Positions 21,886 to 35,530 of a DNA stretch of 64,000 bases are shown one piece after another. The stretch is taken from positions 147,380 through 211,379 of the forward strand of contig NIVC01002026.1 of the NCBI GenBank assembly GCA_002269645.1, given 5' to 3'. The notes beneath the pieces were generated by a model that worked only from the letters and a program-made list of their open reading frames with translations, was not told the origin of the DNA and ran no database searches. This DNA is from Macrostomum lignano (taxonomy: Eukaryota). Within the stretch, counting starts at the first letter, position 1; every line of letters starts with the position of its first letter. A program made the position numbers and the translations under genes.

Positions 21886-23298
21886 CCACACACCTGGAAG
21901 GGAAGACTTCCACACACCTGGAAGGAAGACTTCCACACACCTGGAAGGAAGACTTCCACACACCTGGAAGGAAGACTTCCATACACCTGGAAGGAAGACT
22001 TCCACACACCTGGAAGGAAGACTTCCACACACCTGGAAGGAAGACTTCCATACACCTGGAAGGAAGACTTCCACACACCTGGAAGGAAGACTTCCACACA
22101 CCTGGATGGAAGACTTCCATACACCTGGAAGGAAGACTTCCACACACATGGAAGGAAGACTTCCACACACCTGGATGGAAGACTTCCACACACCTGGATG
22201 GAAGACTTCCATACACCTGGAAGGAAGACTTCCACACACCTGGAAGGAAGACTTCCACACACCTGGAAGGAAGACTTCCACACACCTGGAAGGAAGACTT
22301 CCACACACCTGGATGGAAGACTTCCACACACCTGGATGGAAGACTTCCACACACCTGGAAGGAAGACTTCCATACACCTGGAAGGAAGACTTCCACACAC
22401 CTGGAAGGAAGACTTCCACACACCTGGAAGGAAGACTTCCACACACCTGGAAGGAAGACTTCCATACACCTGGAAGGAAGACTTCCACACACCTGGAAGG
22501 AAGACTTCCACACACCTGGAAGGAAGACTTCCATACACCTGGAAGGAAGACTTCCACACACCTGGAAGGAAGACTTCCATACACCTGGAAGGAAGACTTC
22601 CACACACCTGGAAGGAAGACTTCCACACACCTGGAAGGAAGACTTCCACACACCTGGAAGGAAGACTTCCACACACCTGGAAGGAAGACTTCCACACACC
22701 TGGAAGGAAGACTTCCACACACCTGGAAGGAAGACTTCCACACACCTGGAAGGAAGACTTCCATACACCTGGAAGGAAGACTTCCACACACCTGGAAGGA
22801 AGACTTCCACACACCTGGAAGGAAGACTTCCACACACCTGGAAGGAAGACTTCCACACACCTGGAAGGAAGACTTCCACACACCTGGAAGGAAGACTTCC
22901 ACACACCTGGATGGAAGACTTCCATACACCTGGAAGGAAGACTTCCACACACCTGGAAGGAAGACTTCCACACACCTGGAAGGAAGACTTCCACACACCT
23001 GGAAGGAAGACTTCCATACACCTGGAAGGAAGACTTCCACACACCTGGAAGGAAGACTTCCATACACCTGGAAGGAAGACTTCCACACACCTGGAAGGAA
23101 GACTTCCACACACCTGGAAGGAAGACTTCCACACACCTGGAAGGAAGACTTCCATACACCTGGAAGGAAGACTTCCACACACCTGGAAGGAAGACTTCCA
23201 CACACCTGGAAGGAAGACTTCCACACACCTGGAAGGAAGACTTCCACACACCTGGAAGGAAGACTTCCACACACCTGGAAGGAAGACTTCCATACACC
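21886..23298. repeat. 23-bp minisatellite (CACACCTGGAAGGAAGACTTCCA)n, about 60 highly homogeneous copies
   Basis: Direct inspection. It explains the six repetitive 135-510 aa ORFs. Confidence 0.97.
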
Positions 23299-24409
23299 TT
23301 AAAGTCCCTCTAACATAAAAAAGAAGCAAAACACGAAAATTCGGTGTAACAATTTAGAATTGTGTTGTCATCATTCCAACATTAAAATATTTAAAATAAA
23401 TAAGTATTATTTATGAATAATTTATTAGGCAAACGCGCACAGACAGACAGGAACAAGAATTAAACTAGGCAGTGTATAAGGGAGTGAAGAATAAACAAAG
23501 TGGCCACATAGTAGCAATTATAGCATTTCCAATGACTAAAGTTAAACAAATAAACTCATATTTATTGTACATAACACACTTTTTTGAGTCTGTTCCGCCA
23601 CTAAAATATTATTATTTTATTATTATTACAGCATTCGATACGAGTGCCAAACACATACTACTGTCACAGATTAGTAGTAAGCGGATGAGTAGGCAAAGCA
23701 AAAAATTGCACTTATTCCAAACGAAAAATAATATTATGTAGTGAAAAAGAAAATCAAAACATATAACAGAATTATAACAAAATAAAAAACATTTTTTTCC
23801 AGATTTGTTTGGCTTTTTTTGCATTTTGCGGCTTTCATTGCACCACAAGGTGAATTGCGAATGTCAATTAAATATTATTTGTTATAACGCCAATATTTTT
23901 TGCGAGTTGTATTTAATAACAGACAACAGTAAAACACTGAATTAAGGTTTTTTAATCTTGACTTTGACAAAATTGACTTCAATTTTAGCAGGCCAACAAA
24001 AAAAAATGAATGGCAAACCAAATTTTGATGTCATCAATTTTGCTAAAGTCGAGATTGACAAAATAAATGATTAAGCAAACAAAAAAGTAAGACAAAACAA
24101 ACAACAGAAAGTTATATCAAATCAATAATATTAAAATCCATTTGCATACTAGGAGGACTCCGTCGTGTGGCACTTGTGACATGAGAGCTACTGACACAGG
24201 TAGTTGAATAAGTAGCAAATTCTATTGTACTAAAAATTTGTTCAATTCTTAATTCTTAGATTCTTCGTTTAAGCTTTTGCCTCTCGCTGTTATCTGCCTT
24301 CTCGCCTGCCACACTCAAAAACTGTACGCGTAAATTCAGTGTAAGCTGGCTGCTGACTTCATGCCGAATGCTTGGGTTCCATTTACTGATGAAACGAAAC
24401 TGCTGAAGG

Positions 24410-24561
24410 ACAGACAGACAGACACAGGAAGACACACAGACAGACACAGACACACACACAGACAGACAGACAGACACAGACAGCCAGACAGACACAGACA
24501 CAGACAGGCAGAAAGACAGACAGACACACAGACAGACAGACAGACAGAAAGACAGACAGAC

Positions 24562-24634
<73 letters not shown>

Positions 24635-24747
24635 AAGACAGACACAGAGAGCCAGACAGACACAGACAGCCAGACAGACAGACAGACAGACAGACACAGA
24701 CAGACAGACACAGACAGACACAGACAGACAGACAAACACAGACAGAC

Positions 24748-24778
<31 letters not shown>

Positions 24779-24854
24779 CAGACAGACAGACAGACAGACA
24801 CAGACAGACACAGACAGACAGACACAGACAGACACAGACAGACACAGACAGACA
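24410..24854. repeat. (CAGA)n/(CAGACA)n compound microsatellite
   Basis: Direct inspection. Confidence 0.97.
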
Positions 24855-25919
24855 GTTATTTGCAAAATTACAATAGATTGGGCAAGCCCTAATCAGACAG
24901 GCAAAATAGCAAAAATTGATTTCAGCACTATCCAGCAGACACAATGAACCCAATATGTGTCTCACGCTATAAAGTTGAGTTTGTCACAAAAAATAAGATT
25001 ATAGAAGGTTCTAAGACACAGACAGAACAGAAAACAGACACAGAACAGGGTGCAGCGGCAAGGACCAAATATAATTTCTTCAAGAAACCGACCTTTTGTA
25101 CAACAAAAGCTCCGCGGTAGTGAAGGGAAAAAAACATTTTTTTGGCTGAGAAAAATTGAAATATGCTAGAAAAATAAGTTAATAATAAAAAACACTGCTG
25201 TAATCGATGAAGCCGGCAAAACGGAGACAGACAAATAGATAGAATTTGAAATTCAACCAGAACGCTTGGCCATAAAATGAAATATAAATATTTTTACGGA
25301 TAGGTTACATGCATACAATTTGGGTATTTTTGTTAAAAATAGATTATTAGTGTCAACTAAACTTGAAAAAATATTTAAAAAAATGTCTAGGGGTTAAGTC
25401 ATTGCGAAATCTCGGATTGCAATACTACGAGTACAACAGAGTTCAGATCCCCATCAACAGGGTCTTTTTGAAGGCCGATTTGTCACCTAGAAAATTTACA
25501 CACTGAATAATCTGCGTAATTTCGAATTTAATATTAGCAACTCTATATAGCCTACTTGAGTTAGTAGAAAGTTAAGCACTTTGTGAATTGTTTGCAATGA
25601 CTCTTCAGCGATTTTCTAGTCTAAATATAGTTACGAAAAAACACAAGTGACCTTATTTAATATAGTTTTTTTTGCAGTCCATTTGGACTTACGCGCAATT
25701 AAGTCAATCCAAAATATGCTTGCCAATGTAATATGGAGCTTCTGTCTATGGTAGCAAGCTTCTTCTAGCAAGCAAGCTTCATTTGCCTTGCTACCATAGA
25801 CAAAAGCTTCATATTACATTGGCAAGCATATCTTGGACCAAATTCAATGCGCGTAGGCTCAAATCTTTTTATCTTAAGATTATCTAGAATGTTTATTGCA
25901 CTCATACCGAACAGTGGAC

Positions 25920-28900
25920 TCAAAGAAACGGATTGAAACTGGCTGCAGCGGAGCCGGGCTGTTGCTGTTGCTGCTGCTGCTGTTGATGGCTGCCCCAAGG
26001 ATTGCTGGCCGCCGGATAGCTGGTCATAGCGGACACGCCATGCTGAGCGGGGGCCTGAATTAGCGGGGGCGGTAGGCCAAACTCACTGCTGCCACCGGGC
26101 TGAAATCCTGCAGTAGCTTGGCTGTTCTGCCGTTGCTGCAGCTCAGCCAGACTTGGCCCAGCCTGCTGCTGCTGATGGAACGGATTCGCAATGGAGGAGT
26201 TCGGCCTGCCCGGTGCCGCTGGGTTGCCAAATACGCTGCCACCGCCTCCGCCAAACGGGTTCGAGGGGCCTGAGGGACCTGCAGAGTGTAGGACAGGATA
26301 GGGGAGATTAATGATGGAAGCAAGGTAAGAAGAGGTAGATAGGGGAGAGTTAGATAGGGAAGAGGTAGATAGGGCAGAGGTAGATAGGAGAGGTAGATAG
26401 GGCAGAGGTAGATAGGGGAGAGGTAGATAGGGCAGAGGTAGATAGGGGAGAGGTAGATAGGGAAGAGGTAGATAGGGAGAGGTAGATAGGAGAGGTAGAT
26501 AGGGCAGAGGTAGATACGGGAGAGGTAGATAGGGGAGAGGTAGATAGGGGTGAGGTAGATAGGGCAGAGGTAGATAGGGGAGAGTTAGATAGGGAAGAGG
26601 TAGATAGGGGAGAGGTAGATAGGAGAGGTAGATAGGGCAGAGGTAGATAAGGGAGAGGTAGATAAGGCAGAGGTAGATAGGGGAGAGTTAGATAGGGAAG
26701 AGGTAGATAGGGGTGAGGTAGATAGGGGTGAGGTAGATAGGGCAGAGGTAGATATGTGAGAGGTTAGATAGGGCAGAGGTAGATACGGGAGAGGTAGATA
26801 GTGAAGAGGTAGATAGGGGAGAGGTAGATAGGGAAGAGGTAGATAGGGGAGAGGTAGATAGGGGAGAGGTAGATAGGGGAGAGGTAGATAGGGCAGAGGT
26901 AGATAGGGCAGAGGTAGATAGGGGAGAGGTAGATAAATGTGCGAGAGGGAGAAAAGAAACTTTAATTAAATACAAGAAATATGAAACATGAATATTGTCC
27001 AACATGAAGCATCAAGGACAAGACTCGAACTCAGGACTCTCACTCTTACCCTTAGGCTTGGTAACCAGACTATCCAGATTCACTAAGCCGCCATGTTCGC
27101 CGAGAAAATCCATTGCTGACTTGGCTCTGGGTGGTTGCTGCGCTGCCGCCGAGGCTTGCTGCTGTTGCTGTTGCTGCTGGTCCATTGTCCAGCCGCCGCC
27201 GCCTCCAAGCAGGTCGCCTTGGGAGCCGCCGATTCCACCGCCGAAGCCACCCCCGCCGCTGGCTGCGAAAGCGGTTGAGCCATCGGTTGCCCAAGGATCT
27301 TGGGCTGTGGGTCCTGCGGGTTGTATTATTATTAATAGGAATCATTACATAATATAAAGATTATATAATTGATTACACCTGCCCTAATTAGGCCAGATAT
27401 GCAACCGACAGCTCAGCCGCAGCTATTGCGCGGCGCATCTGAAGGCTGCGTACGGCTGTTCAGTCTAAGCCTTTAAGGACGGGGGAGGGGGGTCACCACA
27501 CGCACCCTCAATTATCCCAGCAAATGCTGGCACCAATTTTACAGCTGGGTGAACTGAAGCAATGCAGAGTTAATTGTCTCTTGCTCAAGGAAGGACACAA
27601 ATTGTTCCGAGTGAGTCGAGAATCGAACCCCCGACCTTTCAGTCGTGAGTCCGACGCTCTGACCACTAACAATCGATAAAACAAACAATAATTTGTTCAA
27701 CTTTTTGAAGACAGACAGCTCACCTGTAGAGCCGGCAGCACCCCCAGTCTGATCTCGGCCTCCCAGCAGGTCGAATTCGTCAACTGGCGCTGCTGGCTGC
27801 TGCTGTTGGAGAGGCGCCCCAGCTGCCGCCCAGGGATCGCCAGATGCAGGGGGTGCAGCTGAGAATGCTGCGGGTGCGATTTTGGGTAGGGGAAGGAGGG
27901 ACCTTGAGACACTTGATTATAAAATAATTATTCGATACCTATTATAATTATCGATTATAATCTCACTTCTTACAATTTCTAGTCTACATGGAAATCTCAC
28001 TATTTTTAATTTCTAGTCTCTATGGAAATCTCACCCTTAGATTCCTATTCTACATGGAAATCTCACTATTTTTAATTTCTAGTCTCCATGGAAATCTCAC
28101 CCTTACAATTTCTAGTCTTTATGGAAATCCCACCCTTAAAATTCCAAGTCTCCATGAAAATCTCACCTTTAGAATTTCTAGTCTCCATGGGAAATCTCAC
28201 CCTTTGATTCCTTGTCTTTATGGAAATCTCACCCTTACAATTCCTAGTTTTCATGGCAATCTCACCCTTATATTTTTAACACATATGGAAGTCTCACTTC
28301 CTAGGGAAATCTCGTGCAGAAGATTTTTATTTAGATTTCAAATCTCATCAATCAATTGGTCTCACCATCTTGGTTCAGGCCACCGCCACCGCCGCCACCC
28401 CAGGGGTCAGCCAAGGACGCAGTTGGAGCTGCAGTTGCCGCACCGCCACCCCAAGGATCTCCGCTGGTATCGAATCCGTTGCTAGGGACGCCACCACTGG
28501 TTGCTATGCTGGCAGCTGGCGCCACCGGTGCAGCCCAAGGATCCGAGCCGGAGGAGAAAGCCGTGTCGATTAGCTCGCTCTGTAAATATTAAAAATATAT
28601 ATTTTACATGTAGAATTTACGTCCCCGGGTTCGAATCCTGAGTAGAGAAAAAATCTTATAAAATAAAGTGTAATAGTGATGATTATCTCACCGTTGCACC
28701 ATGATTAGAGTCTTTGTTCTTGCGATTCTGAAAATTATGAAAACAAAAAGCTAAATATAATTCTATATATATGCATATAGTGTTAACCCCATAGATACAT
28801 AAAAGCATCGCATATTAAAATCACCAAATTGTAACACAGTTAATTAAAGCTTTACTTTATAACAGGTAACACAGCTAAGGTGTCGCAAAACCGCTAGCCA

Positions 28901-31900
28901 GCAATCTACTATAACTGATTTAATCTGCAGAATCTGATGACGAATTCAGATTTGAAGTGTTTGTTTACATGCGCAAATTTGTAGCAGTAGAATATGACCA
29001 TTGATTTAAGCACTAAGCATAAGTATGGCTTGCATTTTATTAGGAGAAATTAATATTTCTTGGGTCTTTCTTATGCACATTAATTTTGAGGCTGGTGTTT
29101 GAGGCTGATGTTTGAGGCTGGTGTTTGAGGCTGGCTGATGTTTGAGGCTGGTGTTTGAGGCTGGCTGATGTTTGAGGCTGGTGTTTGAGGCTGATGTTTG
29201 AGGCTGGTGTTTGAGGCTGATGTTTGAGGCTGGTGTTTGAGGCTGATGTTTGAGGCTGGTGTTTGAGGCTGGCTGATGTTTGAGGCTGGTGTTTGAGGCT
29301 GATGTTTGAGGCTGATGTTTGAGGCTGATGTTTGAGGCTGGTGTTTGAGGCTGGTGTTTGAGGCTGGTGTTTGAGGCTGGTGTTTGAGGCGCGCTGATAT
29401 TTGAGGCTGATGTTTGAGGCTGGTGTTTGAGGCGCGCTGATATTTGAGGCTGATGTTTGAGGCTGGTGTTTGAGGCTGGCTGGTCTCTACGGACTACGGA
29501 GATAGGAACTTTTCAGTTTTATTTCAGCACAAAAATTGTTGTCGATTTTGATAGGAGGCACTGAGGCAGATCCAATACTCACTTTTTGATGTGTTGTGCC
29601 TTGCTTATAGCAGCTCTATTATTATTCATAAATTTAGAAAATTAGAATTCAATATTAATCTTTTTTGTTACGTACAATTAATTGTACGTATTAATTGTGA
29701 TTGTAATTGTATCTCTGTAGTGTATTTTTCGGCAAAAACCAGTCTCATAATAAACAGTTTTTTAAGAAACGTATTTTCCCCGACCTTCTACCGAAGTAGT
29801 TATTGGTATGGCCAAGTATTATTGTGCTAAATGTCTATGGCCGATACACCACTATATATAAATGCCATTACTCCTTTACTCATTACTTTTGACTATGCCA
29901 GGTTTAACAAAAACGGCCTAGCATAACCCAGTTTTCAACAGCCAGACTGCACGAGAAGCTTTGGAGCAAGGACTATAGGCCTTGATGAAGTTGATGAACA
30001 ACTATTCCCATAACGAGGACGCTGCCGGTACACGCAGTACATGCCAACGGAGCCTCAGTCTTGATGAGCATGTTGTGCTAAAGTTTCCAACTCCAAGAGG
30101 CTTGAGTTGTCACCCAAGCCCTAGTCGCTGCCACGTAAAAAATTAAAGATTAAAATTAGCAATCTTTACTCCAAGACTAGAGACTTTCAGAATCAAATTT
30201 CTCTCTCAAAATTTTTTGACCATGCTTTTAGACTATCAAAAAAATCTTAGGGACTTTAATCGTGTTGAGCACACGCACACACACTTTGGAATGAACAGGT
30301 TTCTTTATCAGCCAGTGATAAAAATTCAATTTTTTTATTCTGTTCAAAAAAATCCAGATTTCAATGCCAAATTTGTCTACAAAAATATTATACTCACTTG
30401 TCCAATAATGAACAATCATTTAACCAGTGTATTTACTTCAATCCGATTATAAGCTCTCAACTTACATCATCATCTTCTTTTGTAAAAGCAACAGTTGAAT
30501 TATCGAGCTTCTCCTGTTGCTGCTGCTTGGGTGGCATGCGAAGCGGGGAAAGAACCTGAACACAGGGACGGTGGGAGCTTTAAAGAGAGCTACAAACAAA
30601 TATTGCACTTATAATCAGCTCTATAGCGGAGTTGAGAACTGCCTCGGCCCGAACTCCCAGTGTTGAAAACAGTTAGCGAGTCAAGGCCGGCCTTTAAAAC
30701 TTACCTCGTCTTCCTTCTTGCTTGCCTCAAGCGCCATCTTCAATTTTATCTCCTCTTTATGACCCTCGGCTTCGCGCCGCTTCAGCTCCTGCTCGTGCTC
30801 TTCCCTAGAGATGGCCAGCGCCAGCTGCAGTTGCAGGTCTTCAGCCTCCTGCGCCGCGGCCGCGCCTCCAGTGGTTGTGGCGGCGCTGGACTCAGACCGG
30901 CGCTGCGCTTCCATGCGGGATCTGAGTGGGAAATTTCAAATCTAGCTTACAACCTTTTCATGACTATCTATGTACAACAGTCTGTCCCCTCCCCTACTAC
31001 CTGTCCCAACTTGTCCCTAACCTGGCAACCTACCTGTCCATCTGTCCCCAAACCTGTCCACCTACTCGTATTTGTCTCCTACCTGTCTCTCTTGTCCATC
31101 TAACTTTTTACCTTACCTGTCTCCTAGTTGTCCCATTGTCCCAAACATGTCCACCTGTCTCTACCCAACCTGTCCAACTGTCTCTACCTAACCTGTCCAC
31201 CTGTCTCTACCCAACCTGCCCAACTGTCTCTACCCAACCTGTCCATCTCTACCCAACCTGTCCACCTGTCTCAACCCAACCTGTCCACCTGTCTCTACCC
31301 AACCTGTCCATCTCTACCTAACCTGTCCACCTGTCTCTACCCAACCTGTCCACCTGTCTCAACCCAACCTGTCCATCTGTCTCTACCCAACCTGTCCATC
31401 TCTACCCAACCTGCCCAACTGTCTTTACCCAACCTGTCCACCTGTCTCTACCCAACCTGTCCACCTGTCTCTACCCAACCTGTCCACCTGTCTCTACCTA
31501 ACCTGTCCACCTGTCTCTACCCAACCTGCCCAACTGTCTCTACCCAACCTGTCCACCTGTCTCTACCCAACCTGCCGAACTGTCTCTACCCACCCTGTCC
31601 ACCTGTCTCTACCCAACCTGTCCACCTGTCTCTACCCAACCTGCCCAACTGTCTCTACCCACCCTGTCCACCTGTCTCTACCCAACCTGTCCACCTGTCT
31701 CTACCCAACCTGTCCACCTGTCTCTACCCACCCTGTCCACCTGTCTCTACCCAACTTGTCCACATGTCTTTACTCAACCTGTCCACCTGTCTCTGCCTAA
31801 CCTGTCCACCCTCACCTGTCCGGCGGCCTGTCCTCAGAGCTGAAACCGCCACCGTGCCTGAGCCTCTCCTTGGCCTTGATAGCGCTCTGCCTCTCAGCTT

Positions 31901-32312
31901 TCAACTTCTCATCGTCTTTAAGCAAAGCTACCAGATGCTTGGCTTTCTCGCGCACATTCAATCCGTGATCTTTGGCCTCCTCTGTGTACTGGAAATCCCG
32001 CAACGATTGGATAGCAAACAGATTCTCTTTGCACTGCTGGGCCACCTTCTCACTGCCAGTTTTGATAATGTACTCCAGCAGCACCAGGGCTTTGTAAACG
32101 TGACGCCAGTTCTTATTTTTATCATTCAATCGTTTCCAAATCATCGACATAATTTCAGTGTAGGCCATCACATTGTTTGTCATGTCGGATATTTCCGACA
32201 TCAAAGTACTTGATGGACCCCATGGATCGTTTGACGTGGCTTCGCGAACTTTCACCTGGGCATCCGAATAATTATGAACAATGTTCTTGAAATTGCGCTT
32301 AATGGTTGCCAT
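25920..32312 (-). CDS. EPN: Epsin (ENTH domain, two UIMs, DPW motifs, C-terminal NPF motifs), 8 coding exons
   Basis: Exons 32312-31816, 30921-30705, 30555-30466, 28727-28692, 28579-28366, 27867-27724, 27313-27050, 26278-25920, all GT-AG and phase-consistent. ENTH NYSDAQVKVREATSNDPWGP; UIMs EAEDLQLQLALAISREE and EEIKLKMALEASKKE; five DPW motifs; GLVNLDSLV; NPF three times ending FNPFL*. Confidence 0.95.
26325..26935. repeat. 15-bp minisatellite (GAGGTAGATAGGGGA)n in an epsin intron
   Basis: Direct inspection. Confidence 0.95.
27371..27665 (-). mobile_element. tRNA-derived SINE copy in an epsin intron
   Basis: Aligns by eye along its full length to 16842-17137. Confidence 0.85.
27955..28310. 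repeat. About 33-bp degenerate tandem repeat (ATGGAAATCTCACCCTTACAATTTCTAGTCTCC) in an epsin intron
   Basis: Recurrent GGAAATCTCAC core. Confidence 0.85.
29085..29480. repeat. 13-bp minisatellite (GAGGCTGRTGTTT)n in an epsin intron
   Basis: Direct inspection. Confidence 0.95.
29990..30055 (+). pseudogene. Degraded piggyBac-type transposase fragment
   Basis: Translates VDEQLFP*RGRCRYTQYMPTEP, resembling the piggyBac motif VDEQLxxFRGRCPFRxYIPxKP around the first catalytic Asp. No termini found. Confidence 0.55.
30990..31810. repeat. 23-bp minisatellite (CCAACCTGTCCACCTGTCTCTAC)n in the first coding intron of epsin
   Basis: Direct inspection. Confidence 0.95.
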
Positions 32313-32375
32313 CAATCAGCAGGGCTGCAAGACCAATTAGTAGATAGAAATAAATAAATAGATTAATTAACTAAA

Positions 32376-32592
32376 CGCCTGCATATGGCTGTTCAGTCCA
32401 AGGACTGGAGGGTCGCCACACACCCTCAATTACCCCAGCTAATGCTGGCACCCATTTTACAGCTGGGTGAACTGAAGCAATGCAGAGTTAAGTGTCTTGC
32501 TCAATGACACAAATTGTTTCAAGTGGGATTGGGAATCGAACCCCAGACCTTTCAGTTGTGAGTCCAACATTTTAAGCACTAGGGTACAACCC
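32376..32592 (-). mobile_element. tRNA-derived SINE copy, 3'-truncated
   Basis: GGTTCGATTCC B-box and the CACCCAGCTGTAAAATGGG core shared with the other copies. Confidence 0.8.
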
Positions 32593-34734
32593 CTTATAAA
32601 TGTTTAGAACTGAATTTTAATTATATTCAGCTTGGAAAGAACAATTGCCAATTTAGTAGCTGGAGTCCAAAATTTAAGATGCCAAAGTTAAAGTTAATTT
32701 GCCATGACATATTCTGAGAAAAAATTAATGGGATTGGGAAATCATACTTTTATACATGCTTAATTTCTATCTGGGAGATTCAGATTTGCTTGGGCTAAAG
32801 ATTAAATTATTTCTGATACTATAATTAAAATGCCATTTTGACAAATGTAAAAAATTTGTGTAATATTAAAGACAAAATATGTCAAATTTAGATTCATGAT
32901 CAAGAGCTCTATCTTGAAGAAATTTTCAAGGACTAAATAACGTATACTGTTTATACCTTCATTTCTATGTTATTAAATAATATTGTTTTAGCATTGATAA
33001 CCTACAAAACTTTTAAATATTGCCATTAGTCATTTTATTATCTTAGAGGAAAATCTAAACAAGCTCACAATGAATGATTTCTGCATACTGACCACTGATG
33101 AGTGCTTTTCTGCCATTGACACATGAGTTGGCATGTTGGAATCCCATTGTTGATTGACTATTAAGTTGCATCATAAATTTGAATGAGTGCACAGAGAGGG
33201 GTCAAGGGGGCAAAGCCTCCTTGCGGGGTGTGGGGGCAGTGCCCCTACATACTAACATAAAGAAGTTTTATCAAAATGTTGCACTTATCAAAATAATTGA
33301 CTATGTAAGAGGGCCCCCCTTCTCAAAGGAAGTGGGTGTCAGACAAAGAGGCATGGCTAAAAGTAAAAAATATTTCATGGCAGATACAGTGAGGGCTTGG
33401 GGGGAGGTAGGTCTAGGAAATGATCCATAATTGATGGCTGTGAAATGTACAATGAGCGAGATGGCCTGAAAAAGTTCATTAAATTCCATGATAATATACT
33501 CTTTAAAATAAATCATACAAATAAAGCTTATGCAGGAATGACATCTTGCACACATAAGTGTGCAGGAATAAAATCTTGCACATGTGGTCAATAGACAATG
33601 TAGAGGGAACATGAGTATTAATATAGCATATATAATATAGCTCTTATATTGTCAATATATTTATTTTCTAAATCTAAGTTTAAGACATATTTTAGAAAAT
33701 TCAAGATGATACATAGCATTTTCATAGAACAAAAAAACATAGGATAAATATATATGTATAATACCTAGCCAAGCTGCCTAATCCTGCTAACTAACAATTG
33801 GGTTCAACTAAGGTAAGTCACAAAAATGCCTATTTAAACACAATGTAGATAGTACTAATTAGATGATTAAGACATTTAGCCTTAATAACATAGTTATATA
33901 GTTATTCTTGCCATTTATCTTAGGCTTAGGTTTCTTTCATAAGAAAGATTTATCTTTGGTAAAAAATTGCATATCTAGTATAGATCAAGGCCAAAGGGGT
34001 TGTAATATACTAGGCTATGGTATAGGAAAAAGGATATGCACAAATCTCCATGTTCATTCTTAGATTCCATCTTTCTATGTTAACTTTCTTAAAGCATTTG
34101 ATTGCATATTTAAAATTGCTATTATATTTTTATAGATAGTATAAATTTAACTATAAATGTGGCTTCATTATTTTAAACAATTGATATATTAGGTCCTATG
34201 TTAGAATATGGGTCTTAGCCACTTTAGCAACAAGACATTTTGGTAAAAATAATTACTTTATTGGCAATTAATTTAATAACCAAGACAGTGGACATTTGGC
34301 AAATAAACCTATGTATTAAATTAACAATTGAATAAAAATTTACTTGATAAGTAGTTTATATTTATTTGAATTTTATATCAAGGAATCAAATATAAGATAA
34401 ACTAGGTCTATACATATCTAGGCCTTAGACCTATTCAAACAAAAAAAATGTTTTTAGCTAGAATGCTACTTTCTATAATATAGTAAGCCTAGTCTAGAAT
34501 AGGTCCATATACTTATACAAACTTTTTTATATTTCTAGCTTTGTTTTATTGCACAATGACTTGAATTTAAGCTACAGGCACTGAGTTGCAATAGATTATA
34601 AGTCTATCTAGAAATCTGTTAGGCCTATTTTTGAATAGTGTTAAATAACTATTGAAAGTTACTTTTTGAAATAACTCCTGGTTAAATAACTTCCTGTTCC
34701 AAGGAAAATAACTTCTGGCACTTGTTCTAGTACT

Positions 34735-35530
34735 GGCTCATTCCATTTAAGCACGGTCGTAACATGACAGACTATTTTTACTTATAAAATGAAATATAAT
34801 AATAGAATATACTAAACCAATATTTAAATGAAAGATAATTTTGTCAAGAATATTTTTATAGAGTTTCATGTAGATATCATCATTAGTATAGATGCTATTA
34901 AACCTTGAATGACACTTATGGTCGTAACAACAGGATTTTTGACATATAGAAACTAAAAGGTAAAAGTCTTATAACATTTTTTATTTTTGATATTTTGCAA
35001 TACATTTTTTTAAATTTGACTAACAACATCTTCAGTAATCATACTCTTTTTGTAGAATATATAAACTCAAAAGGCAACAAAGATACAAAAGAAAAGGCAG
35101 CCTTATGGTCATAACATTATGGTCTTAACATATTTTTTTCTGTCAATTCAGTAACTTTGAGGTACCAATATATTAAAAATATAATAGATTATTTGGTCAC
35201 CAATACTTTTATCTGATGATGCAACTGCAAGTACTATACTTTTATCATCTATAGTTTGTTTCAACCTTCCAAAGCTTTCTATTTATTTTTAAAAGGTACA
35301 CAAACTTAATGATGTCTTTTGCTTAGAAAAATGTCCAAATTTTTACAAAAATGACTTTTTGCCACTTGATAACATACTAATCCAACATTTTATCATTTAT
35401 TTATTCTTAGATTGTAGATATTACACATAAAAAACATTTGGTAAAAAAAATTGGCTGATAAGGCAATGGCAAGCAAAAATATTGACTTTTTTCTATTTTC
35501 CAAAAATGTTCATCTTATATGGAATGAGCC
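34735..35530. mobile_element. 796-bp MITE / non-autonomous DNA transposon
   Basis: 17-bp TIR GGCTCATTCCAT(T/A)TAAG with one mismatch, flanked on both sides by TACT (34731-34734 and 35531-35534). AT-rich non-coding interior with a recurrent GGTCRTAACA-like motif. Confidence 0.8.

Noticed and set aside
21886-23298. CRISPR-like regular repeat array
   Set aside because: The units are contiguous with no unique spacers, there are no cas genes, and the context is eukaryotic. The same applies to all other arrays in the window.
21786-23329. Six long ORFs (135-510 aa) on both strands
   Set aside because: They are translations of a stop-free 23-bp minisatellite and have no unique flanking coding sequence.
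24384-24405. Hammerhead-like CTGATGA...GAAA
   Set aside because: Only 3 nt separate the two core halves, so there is no stem II and no stem I/III.
24256-24965. Ser/Val/Cys/Leu and Arg/Gln/Thr/Asp-rich ORFs
   Set aside because: Translations of the (CAGA)n microsatellite.
25388-28792. piggyBac-type TTAA-CCC/GGG-TTAA ends at about 25392 and 28783
   Set aside because: They are not matching TIRs, face the wrong way, and would span epsin exons.
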